DNA from: Pseudovirgaria hyperparasitica
Taxonomy: Eukaryota
Length of the DNA: 20,000 nt
Strand: one strand, 5' to 3'
Assembly: GCA_010093815.1 (NCBI GenBank)
Contig: ML996570.1
Position 1 is the first letter of the stretch. Every line of letters begins with the position of its first letter. Made by a program: the position numbers and the translations under genes. The notes beneath the pieces were generated by a model, which ran no database searches, was not told where the DNA came from, and saw nothing but the letters and a program-made list of their open reading frames with translations. Of the stretch, positions 10,625 to 20,000 are shown piece by piece.

Positions 10625-13528
10625 ATGTCGAACTTCAAACGGGCGATAGCCCCGTCGCCCTCTCGGGTCATGGCCTCACTCAAAGCAACCCAGATTGTAG
10701 CCACGAAGCCCATTCTACCAGCAGGTACATATCCACAAGCTATGCCCATTCTGTTATTTGACCGAAATTCTAGAACTAATCGCCACCATTCTCGATCATC
10801 TCCCCATAGCCGATCTCTTCCGCTTCGCCAGAACTTCTCGGCGCATGCGTGAGATGGTATACGACGACACACGATGGATAGCAAGGTTGAAGAGCATGAG
10901 CGCTTGGAACGAGACAGAAGCACGACAGAGGTTCGAGGAAGGGCTAAAAAGGAAAGTTGAGGCGCAGAAACTCAGGGAGGCAGAGGAGAGGAAGAAGGCT
11001 GATGTAGGAATCGGGCTACCTCCAAACGAACCTAATGGCACCAAAGAGGAGCATGGCGTAGGTGGTGATAGAAAGGCGAGTACCACGTTATTCGATGCCG
11101 GTTGGGAGGAGGAGAAGGCGAAAGCTACGCGGGAAATTTCAAGAGATAGAAGAGGTACGCTGGAAGGCAACTTTGAGAAGTTAGGCTTGAATAGTCATGA
11201 GGTTGTCAGTCGGAGCGCGTCTGTACTTGACCCTGCCGCGGCCCTGGACATTTTGAACAGGGTACGGAGTATAAGAGGGGGTGCTAGGCAGGAATATGGG
11301 AAAGTCTACGGAGCGCTGGCACCGTACTACTTCGATCTCGCGAGAAGCAGAAGCCATACCGATCCTATCCTATTCCGCACTTATCGTGACCCAGAGGAAC
11401 AAGCGCAAATGCTTGCCCAACTAAAAGTGTTTGCAAAAAGCGACTTCGCTCAGGGTTGGCATGAGCGGCATGAGAAACTTGAGACCATGATAGCAGTCTT
11501 CGAGAACGCTGTACTGCGGGAGTTCGAGCAAGGCTATGAACTGAAAGATGTAGATGGAAAGATGCATCGTTATGCCCATGTCTTAACGACGCTCAATGGT
11601 GGTGCTGCGGGTGTTGATACGTTCATACACAATCATCCGCTAATGGTGGATAAGGATATACTCGGGAGTCCTATGGAGTGCTTGAACGGTGTTTCTGGAG
11701 AACATTTCGATTCGAGACCGTCTGAAGACTTCTTTCGACGATTAGCTGGGTCCGTGAACGAGCAAAGTGCAACCATAGATCGGGTCTTCCCACCGACTGC
11801 CAATGTCTTGATACCCTTCCTTGAACGGATTACCGACGAAATCATAGCAGACTATATCACCACACTATTTGACGAGGCGCATGAGCGAAATATAGATTCA
11901 TACCTCAAGGCAGTGTCAGGTGTCTTTGGACAAAGTCTTCGGTTCTCTCGGTCAATAGAAGCTACGAAGGGAGCATCAAAAGATTTTCCAGACCAAGTGG
12001 TCGCCATAGTAGCGCGAGCGTTCGAACCTCATGTGGATCTATATCTCACTGAGGAACTGGATTATTTCAAGAAGAGGACGGAGGCAGAGGTGAGAGCCTG
12101 GGAGACACGACTCGAGGCCGAGGAAGCTTCCACAGAGTCCTTCTATATGTCGAATGTCGGTCGACAAGCAGCCAAACGAGACTTCTTATCATCGTTTAGG
12201 AAGGTAGTGATGTTGCCCGTCAATGCTGTATCGTCTATTCCGCTATCATCCCCATTTGGCGGCACATCTGCGAAGCTCAATGCATCTCCTGTAACTGACT
12301 TGAATGGGGATACTTCATATCACAGCCCGTATGGCAAAACACTGGAACCTGTAACACCACGTTCATCTACACCCCAGCCAGGGGAGCGCGCATCGTCACC
12401 CAAACCAGAAGCACCTACGACCGAGCTCGCCGCCAAAGCCGCTATCATGAGCACACGTCTCGACGCCATCAAGTCACTCTTCAGCATCGAAGTCGCCCTT
12501 GACCTAATTCATAAAGCCAAAACCAGTCTTGAGCGGGCGGCAGTCTTCGTTCAACTAGGTGGTCAGTCTGGCGAGGAAACCAAGGAACAATGTGAGGCCA
12601 TCTTTGTGCAGCTACTTCACCAACTGGGTGACCGCCATGTGCGTACTGGGTTCGATAAGGCGGTGGCACATCTCAGCGCCTACAATCCTCGCGAGGCCGT
12701 CGCACACTCTCCAGACACGGGCGTACAGCCTCTGGTCACCTTCATCGAACTCGTTAATGTCGGTGATCTCATACAGCAAATGGTCGATGTATTTTTCATC
12801 CAGGAACTTGTAGCCCAAAAACTCGTTGATCGCGATGACTTCCTCTCTCCCGCGGTCAAAGAAAAGAAGAAGTTTGAGGGCATGCTTGACGAGCGGGTCG
12901 CGGCAGGATTGAACAAGGGTATCGATGTGCTAATGGATGAGGTCGAGTATATTTGTGGCACGACACAGAAGCCTTCGGATTACAATCCGCCTGTGGGGGC
13001 AGATCTGGATGTTGGGGTCAGCGAGACGGCGACGAGGATTGTGGAGCTTGTGGGTGGTCATACGCGCATGCTGATCGGCAGTACTGAGAAGAACATGCTG
13101 GATGTTTTCAATCAGGAGGTCGGAGTGCGATTATTCACAGTGCTTTGCAAACATCTGAAGAGACAGCGTGTAAGCTGCGACGGGGCAGTCAAGCTCATCA
13201 GGTATGTCTCACTTGGCACTATCTTTTGTGATGTATCCGCTAATACATATTGTTCAGTGACACAAACGCCTACCATGCATATATATCCACTCTCAAAAAC
13301 AAGTCCCTCACGCCATACTTCTCTGCGCTTCGCGAACTAAGCCAGATTTACCTCATCGCGCCCACGCATGCCAAAGATATCGCGACCATCATCGCAGACC
13401 AGGATCGGTATTACGGTATCCTGCGCGCTGAAGACGTATACGAATTCGCTGAGCGGCGTGCGGATTGGTACACTGTCAAACCAGCAGTCGAGAGGGCCAT
13501 GTACGGAATTGGATGCAGCGTCATGTAA
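10625..13528 (+). CDS. RCY1: Recyclin-1: F-box protein with Sec10-like helical domain and C-terminal CAAX, 932 aa; exons 10625-10724, 10774-13201, 13258-13528
   Basis: Splicing creates the F-box LPAELIATILDHLPIADLFRFARTSRRMREMV. A long helical Sec10-like body follows. The protein ends GIGCSVM*, a CAAX box as in yeast Rcy1. Introns are GTACAT..TAG and GTATGT..GCTAAT..CAG. Confidence 0.93.
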
Positions 13529-13553
13529 ACACGCACGCCAGCTGCACTAAGGA

Positions 13554-14775
13554 CTATTCAGCCTTCTCTCCACTTACCATTTCCGTTGCATCTCTAGCTA
13601 GCTCTACTGCTGGATCGTTGTCTTCCATGGCAATTCGGTCTGCGTCTGTGGGTATGTAGCCACGTTGCAACCAACTCCAGATATTCAATCCGATCTTCAC
13701 ACCTTCATCGACGGGCAGCCCGGCGTGCCATACTTCTTCGTACGGTGTGCCCATGTCAACATCGAAGTTCTCCCAGTACACGGCATTACGCGCGATCGGC
13801 TTGAATGTTACTCCGATGTCCTCCTGTTCCCTTTGCCCTGTCCCATGTCTCTCTTCTACGGGACAGTCTATGAACCGACACCACTCGCGCCGTTCAATAC
13901 TATCCCTGCTTCCTCTACAAGGATGCTCCAAACGGGGAAACTCTGTTCCTCCACCTCGTTCAGGTGCTTGCAACCAAACCATGAAACTGGAAACACGCCC
14001 GGAGCGGCGTGATGCGCTGCCATAGTCGTAGTGGTGACGATAGTGGCCACCGGGGTGGTACTTTTGAGTCCAAAGATGTTCGGTGAATATTGAGGGGTGC
14101 GGGCCTTGGAACTGCGGGGCGTTACAATGTGCAAAGAAGGAAGAGAAAGATTTGTGTGGTAAGACAGGACATACCTCTCGGGAGCGGGCTTCGATGCATC
14201 TCACAATCTGCGTTCGCGGTGGTTTGGCTTTGTGTGACCGGCGGATGCTGGGATCGTATGTTGTATTTGTTGGGGATGTTGTGACCGTGGAGAGGTGGTA
14301 GAATGGCTCACTGGACCGTACGAGTCAACCACGTGGGATATGAGGACGGAATTCGGCGGTACGAAATGATAAATGGAACAGAGGCATATCAATGAAAGAA
14401 CAAAATTGGAGAGCAATGATGAAAATGCCGGCAAGACGTTGATGGTACGCGCATTTCCTGGGTGGTTCTAACATACCTAAGCTCTTTCAGGTGCTCCACC
14501 TCCTTCTCACTCAAGAAATTCTCGATGTATATGACCAGTGGGCTCCTCGCGAGAATGCGTGTCTTATACCCATGTTCAGGGCATTGAAGCGCCGGGTCCG
14601 GTATAACAATATTTCTTAACTTAGAAGCGGAAATATCAACGTTATCATCAAGGCCATCATAGGAATGCTGGCCAATGCCAAAGAGCGTCTTGGTAAGTGG
14701 AGCAATGATGAGCACGTACGCGACACCGGTGACAACTACATATTGAAAAATTGACGCGAAAGAGAATGACATCAT
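13554..14775 (-). CDS. Prolyl 4-hydroxylase alpha-like 2OG-Fe(II) oxygenase with N-terminal membrane anchor, about 330 aa; exons 14775-14477, 14310-14175, 14111-13554
   Basis: P4H-like ILARSPLVIYIENFLSEKEVEHL, HxD motif YRHHYD, GGGTEFP, and distal WHAGLPVDEGVKIGLNIW. Two GTATGT..CAG introns keep the frame (993 nt). The start could be 14775 or 14772. Confidence 0.9.
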
Positions 14776-14974
14776 ATGTGGGACCACGTGGGAAGCTCAT
14801 TAGACATCAAGGGGATCCGATTGATCAATTGATCGAAGGATAGTGACACCTTTCGAATTAAGAATGTTACCAGAACAGGCAATGCGAAGCTTCTGGCGTG
14901 GCGGAATAAGACGAGAGCAGTGTTCATTCAGGGGGCAGAACGATGAACGTGCGCGTGCCAAGGCACATGTCGCT

Positions 14975-15510
14975 TAAAAATAAGCCACCCATTCTGAACG
15001 TTAGTTGCACTGTATTATACATCATACGACTAAATATTAAGATAACCCAAAGCTTTAAGTTTATCCTTGATAGGCACAGAAGATAAAATTAAAAAACTTG
15101 AATAACTACCAGAATGTATTGATCATTATTACTGTGATAATAAATATACAAATCGAAAGATATAGGTTCTAATCCTACATAGAATTCATAGATAATAACT
15201 ATTTTATAGACCAGCTTATTCTCTTAACATACGGGTCAACGTTGTACGTAGTTCAAAACACTTCGAATGTATACACGGACACTCGTTCCATGGAACAGCT
15301 TTATTTTTATACTCATGTATATTCTAGCTCGGTAATTGACAACCAAGCCCAATCCTCTGATGAAATACCGCGTACATACAGCGGGTGCTCTTTATACTAC
15401 TATATGTACTAAAATTTTGTCCTCTATTCATACAGTGGCGCTGAATCCAGTCGCTAAGCAGCCTATGCTAGGCTAGAAAGCCCCGCCTCTGTATAATATA
15501 TACAGTATAT
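14975..15510. other. AT-rich, TpA-rich block; probable RIP-degraded repeat relic (partly the 3' flank of the metalloprotease gene)
   Basis: Abrupt drop in GC, abundant TA dinucleotides and no ORFs. Boundaries are approximate and judged by eye. Confidence 0.5.
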
Positions 15511-15593
15511 TGAATGGTTATACTTGTTCGAAAAATGAAGGCAGCGTCTGGCGAATCGTTATGGTTGCAAAATCCCCTCTTCTGGGAGCGGAT

Positions 15594-16710
15594 CTATCTT
15601 GCTCTAACTAGACGCCCTTCTATGGCTTCTGCTGGATTATCACTAAGCTTGAACCCCATAGCTCCTAGAAGAGCAAGTGCACCGAAGTACCCTGTGTAAA
15701 TTCTTTAGTACGCTGGTGAATGCAAAAGTCAAAACGTAATACATACCATAGTTCTCCCCATTGTTCAGAGCGTCCTGTGCAGGCTTTCTAATGATATTCC
15801 GCCAACCGTACGCGGGCTCTATATCATCCGCTAATGTGATCCGTAAGAGTCGGTTCTACGCAACGTGTAGTTGGTGCAACTTACTTCGAAACGCACCCGC
15901 ATGCGTAAACTCATGCAGCACTAGCACGCTGGCATAACCCTGTATCTCTCCGTTCCCGAATGTGGTAAAATCATCATCGTCTACATCTACATCTGAATCG
16001 TCATCGAGGTTATAAGTGAGTGGGAACCGTGTCCAATCCCGCGTTCTATCTGCCCCTAGCGTTGTAATTTCAGCATCACACATCGGTCCGCAAACGGTGA
16101 TAATGGACAACCAAGAGCCATAGTATCTCTCTGCCCCAGCTTCCAGGTTGTACGTCACCCCATAAGTCTCAAAGTGATTTTCATCGTCTATTCTCTCCGT
16201 ATCACCCTCCACCATCATCTTGCAGTGAGGTTTACCAGCATCTCTGAACAGAGGCAAAGTCATACCATTAACATTGACTCGATACGCAGGTGTCGTATCA
16301 AACCACATTGCGCCCTCTGTCGGAAGTCGAGCCCAGCGATCTTGGTCATCACAGTAGATATGTGTGTTGGCATCACTCATCCTTTCATACTTGCGTGCGG
16401 CACCAATGTTGGCCATGATCCAATGCACGCGGTCCCATGCCTGTCGTTCGGGGTAAGGTTGGGTGCCTCGGGGGTAGAGTTCGGTAAGGAAGACACGCCG
16501 GAATGCTTTGAGGATGTCTAGATCACGGTTGATATTTCTCATACGAGACGCGGCTAGCCTAGCCATGAGTATCGCTTCGTCGATAGCTTCAACCATGGCT
16601 GGCCTTGCCAGACAACTTTCGTGAACCCAATACTTGACAAGAGGATCCTGGGCGACAACAGAGGTAAAAAGCAGACAAGCGCAAAGTGCGAATAACCTGA
16701 GAGTGACCAT
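15594..16710 (-). CDS. Secreted zinc metalloprotease, aspzincin/M35 (deuterolysin)-like, 335 aa; exons 16710-15885, 15830-15747, 15691-15594
   Basis: Signal peptide MVTLRLFALCACLLFTSVVA and VLHEFTHA (HEXXH). After splicing come TDDIEPAYG (compare the aspzincin GTxDxxYG motif) and ALNNGENY (compare NADSY). The 54-nt and 55-nt introns keep the frame (1008 nt). Confidence 0.85.
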
Positions 16711-16984
16711 CTTGAGTGCAGGAGAGATGAATCGATGTCCTAAATGAAACTCGAGAGAGATATAAGTGAGGATAGTCTACTATATATCCTCTTCCACCTT
16801 CGAACATGTTTCATCGGCCCTTTCTCTCATTCACGAGGAAACAACCAATCATGAACCGCGGACTCATCGTATGATGCTTGCGCAGACCACCCTGAAGACC
16901 CTCCATGTTATACGAGAACATAATGTCGGACACACATCCTGGGCAAGGAATGATCTTGTGTCACTCGGCTAAAGAATCCGTCGT

Positions 16985-17646
16985 TCTTATAAGGACTTGA
17001 CGACTTTAGAGCTTAACAGAAAATAAAGTCAGATATCCTACCATAATCTATAAGTCTATAAAAGTTTATGATATGTAGACTCTTAGATAGAGATAAAGAG
17101 ACTACTTAGACTTCTAGAGAGAGAACACACATGACACGAGTACTAAGAGAGCCAGGTTCTAGGAAAATAAAGCATAAGAACGACGAAATTTTCAGACCCT
17201 ATTACTTGACTTATGATATTCTAACAATAGACTGGCTTGAAAATTTCTGCAATGTCCGGGCGGAGCTCTTAGTAATGCGTCGGTTTACCCAGAACCTCTT
17301 AGCGTCCTCCGTTTTCACGCATACAGTATATTTATACACGCCCATTAGGTATACCTCTCTATCTATATACTATTATACTCATATAGACTTATAGAGTAGA
17401 ATAAGATAATTAGATCAATATACTTCTTAAGCTCTGAATGTCTTGGTCTAGTATATAATAAGAGAATTGAATTCTTCAGAAATAGAAGAGAAACTCTTCT
17501 CTATCTCTTAGAAAAGACGTCATAGCAATAAAAGAAACTTAAACATGGATCAAGATACATCCTAATTATCTACTACGTCTACTTTCAATAGTCTTGTATA
17601 CTTATTTATAGGTGTAAAAGTAGTAAGAGCTCTATTTGGGAAATTA
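16985..17646. mobile_element. AT-rich, probably RIP-mutated transposon remnant; family not identifiable
   Basis: Strong TpA enrichment (TAG, CTA, TATA runs) with little CpA/TpG, and sharp compositional edges. No intact transposase ORF. Confidence 0.5.
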
Positions 17647-17888
17647 CACGCGTGCACGAGTGCCAAGAGGGTCAGGGTCTAGCTAGGCAAACGACGAATC
17701 TACGCTATAAAATTTGGCAGTCAAAGCACTCAACCATCAATTAGGCACAGGCTATAATTATACATCAGCTGACTTCAGGACAGGACCTTGACTTCAGTCT
17801 TTCACTTACAATGGGACCGATCGTCTCACAGTATGTCACTCACATCCACCTTCTCAGTTAACAGTCAAATATAAGTACGGTTGTAGCG

Positions 17889-19702
17889 ATGTATACACTC
17901 TTCTCACTATTGGCCATAGCGTATACAGTATCTTCAACATGTCCTAGCGCTACACTTGACTCGGGACCTATTGTGGGAACGACCACATCTTTACCAGAAA
18001 GTCCCATTACAGTGAATCAATTCTTGGGCGTACCGTTCGCTCAACCTCCACAAAGATTCGAGCGCGCGAAGAAGCCTGCAACATGGTATTCACCATTGAA
18101 TGCTACCGTAAGGAAACCTTCTTGCATACAGCAAATTAATTGTGAGTACACGAACTCGACTTCTCTACCCTTTTTACTGATGAATTAAATAGACCCCGAA
18201 GCGTTGTATGAATTCACGAAGACGTTGTTCAATAATCCACCACCACCAGAAAACGAAGACTGTCTGTATCTGAATGTTTTCGCCCCTGCCTCTCCGGCTC
18301 CTCCAGGTGGTAGAGCTGTGATGTTTTGGATCTACGGTGGAAACTTCATGTTTGGCAACGCAGGGCAATATTATTATGACGGATCACCTTTCGCTGCGTA
18401 CGAAGATGTTATAGTAATCACGCATAACTATCGGACGAACGGTAAGTCTGACCATACAACTCTTCAGCTTAGCGACACTTCAAGCAATCTTTATGTCTAA
18501 CGAAATCAGTGTTTGGCTTTCCATCTTCGCCCGAGATCCCACTGGAACACCGTAACGTCGGTCTATATGACCAAAGACTTGCTCTCGACTGGGTGCAAAG
18601 GAATATCCATGCTTTCGGCGGCGATCCGAAGAAAGTCACTATATTTGGGGAATCTGCCGGTGGTATATCAGTAGACATGTTGGTCACGAGTCTCACCGAT
18701 GGAGCAGCTCCTTTCCGGGCGGCCATCTTTCAAAGTGGCCAAGCAAGCTACCAATTGAGACCTCCTACAAACGCTATCACGTCTTGGGATACTTTGGTGA
18801 AGAATGTGAGCTGTACCGATGCGCTCAGTCAGCTCGAATGTGTTCGCAGAGCCCCCGTCGATAAAATACGCGATGCCGAACAGTACAATCTACTTGAATT
18901 CATGCCGTACGTTGATGGTGAGACTCAGATACGGTTCCCAGCCGCAGCTCGTAAAGCTAGGAAGATCGCAAATGTCCCAATTCTTGCAGGATCGAATGCG
19001 AATGATGGCTCAACCTTTGCGCATGGGCTCAGTAATCTCACAGCGGTTTTGGAGGGATACTTTCCTGGTAATGCGACCTTGCAGAAGGAGATTGCGGCAC
19101 TCTACCCTTTGGGTTCAAATGGGTTGACCTCTGGAAGAGATCAGATCAATCAGCTTCTTACCGACTATGGTTTCCAATGCGTACGTGGCTCCAATACAGC
19201 AAGGCGGTGACTTCCATTGACTTATCATCTAGCCCACTCGACGCTTCATCGACGATTCTGCTGCCGTGGGTATACCGGCCTGGCGCTTTTATGTGAGTGC
19301 CAGCAAACCCCTAATATATCTTTGTACATATAGATTCTGACAAGAGACCAGTACAACGCCAGCTTTCCGAACCTTGGCCATACCCAATATGAAGATCTAG
19401 GTGTCTACCACTCGTCTGAGATCTTCTCAGTCTTCAGTACTTATCCCAAAACGAATGCGACCAGCGAACAGGAGAGGCTAAGCAACATCATGCGTTCTGC
19501 ATGGGCTCGATTTGCGAAGGACCCGACAGGTGGGCCAGGCTGGAGTGCGGTGGGATCAAATAAACTGGACCTTCAAGTCCTCGGAAGTGGACATGAGGCG
19601 ACTGTGACCACAATTGATTCTGGTGAGGTGGACAATCGATGTGGAACATTCTATGCTGTATATGATGCGATCATTGCAGCGTCAGAATCCTCTCAACCTT
19701 AA
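17889..19702 (+). CDS. Secreted type-B carboxylesterase/lipase (alpha/beta hydrolase), 527 aa; exons 17889-18141, 18193-18441, 18510-19180, 19233-19292, 19352-19702
   Basis: Signal peptide, FLGVPFAQPP, EDCLYLNVF, WIYGG, NYRTNVFGF, nucleophile motif FGESAG and catalytic His in GVYHSSE. Four canonical introns keep the frame (1584 nt). Confidence 0.94.
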
Positions 19703-19889
19703 TAATGTGTTATTTAACGCACAGTACTGAGCCTCTATCCAGAGGGTGTCACTACCTGTGCCAATTGGTCCATACACTTTGTGTGTCTGAGGGCTGTGAC
19801 TATGAGATCTGTCATGCCGTAGTACCTACAGAATCTTCGTTCATCAGAACCTCTTGAGCGCACACTTGAAGGCTTCTATGTAATTCCGG

Positions 19890-20000
19890 AAAAGGCTATA
19901 TACTACCTGTGAAAAGGGCAGGTATAAATAGATATATAATATTCCTTATATAAGGAATATATATCTAAATAGAGTTATATAATAGGATCTAGCCGTAATA
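19890..20000. other. Start of another AT-rich, RIP-like block at the window edge
   Basis: Very TA-rich sequence (e.g. ATAAATAGATATATAATATTCCTTATATAAG). Truncated by the window. Confidence 0.45.

Noticed and set aside
10758..13340. 860-aa ORF taken as the complete protein
   Set aside because: It begins at a TTG inside intron 1 and reads into intron 2. The spliced model restores the F-box start and the CAAX end.
14311..14476. 166-nt intron as a possible snoRNA host (ATGATGA near 14416)
   Set aside because: The box C-like motif is on the antisense strand and has no matching box D.
17131..17394. 87-aa ORF in the AT-rich block
   Set aside because: Tyr/Ile/Leu-biased translation typical of RIP-mutated DNA, with no transposase motif recognised.
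1..20000. Biosynthetic gene cluster, CRISPR or other prokaryote-type system
   Set aside because: Intron-containing fungal genes of unrelated function, with no backbone synthase, repeat-spacer array, or tRNA/rRNA seen. Synaptojanin and Rcy1 both act in membrane traffic, but they are 8.5 kb apart and their proximity is not evidence of a cluster.

Overview
Eukaryotic DNA from a filamentous ascomycete (Pezizomycotina-like: short GT-AG introns with CTRAC-type branch points, RIP-like AT-rich patches). Eight protein-coding genes are supported. In order: a truncated synaptojanin-type Sac1/5-phosphatase (missing from the ORF track), an Arg/Ser/Pro-rich hypothetical protein, a DUF3602/Par32-like GRGGAGN protein, a small CFEM cell-surface protein, the F-box/Sec10-like recyclin Rcy1 with a CAAX end, a prolyl-4-hydroxylase-like 2OG-Fe(II) oxygenase, a secreted HEXXH aspzincin (M35-like) metalloprotease and a secreted type-B carboxylesterase. 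Most of the window is ordinary. Two things stand out. One is a textbook minus-strand intron at 6115-6172 that implies an unannotated transcript encoding only a 22- or 40-aa peptide. The other is the metalloprotease gene, which sits between two AT-rich RIP-like blocks bracketed by an 8-bp direct repeat. I see no convincing evidence of a novel multi-gene system. Exon boundaries were derived by hand.
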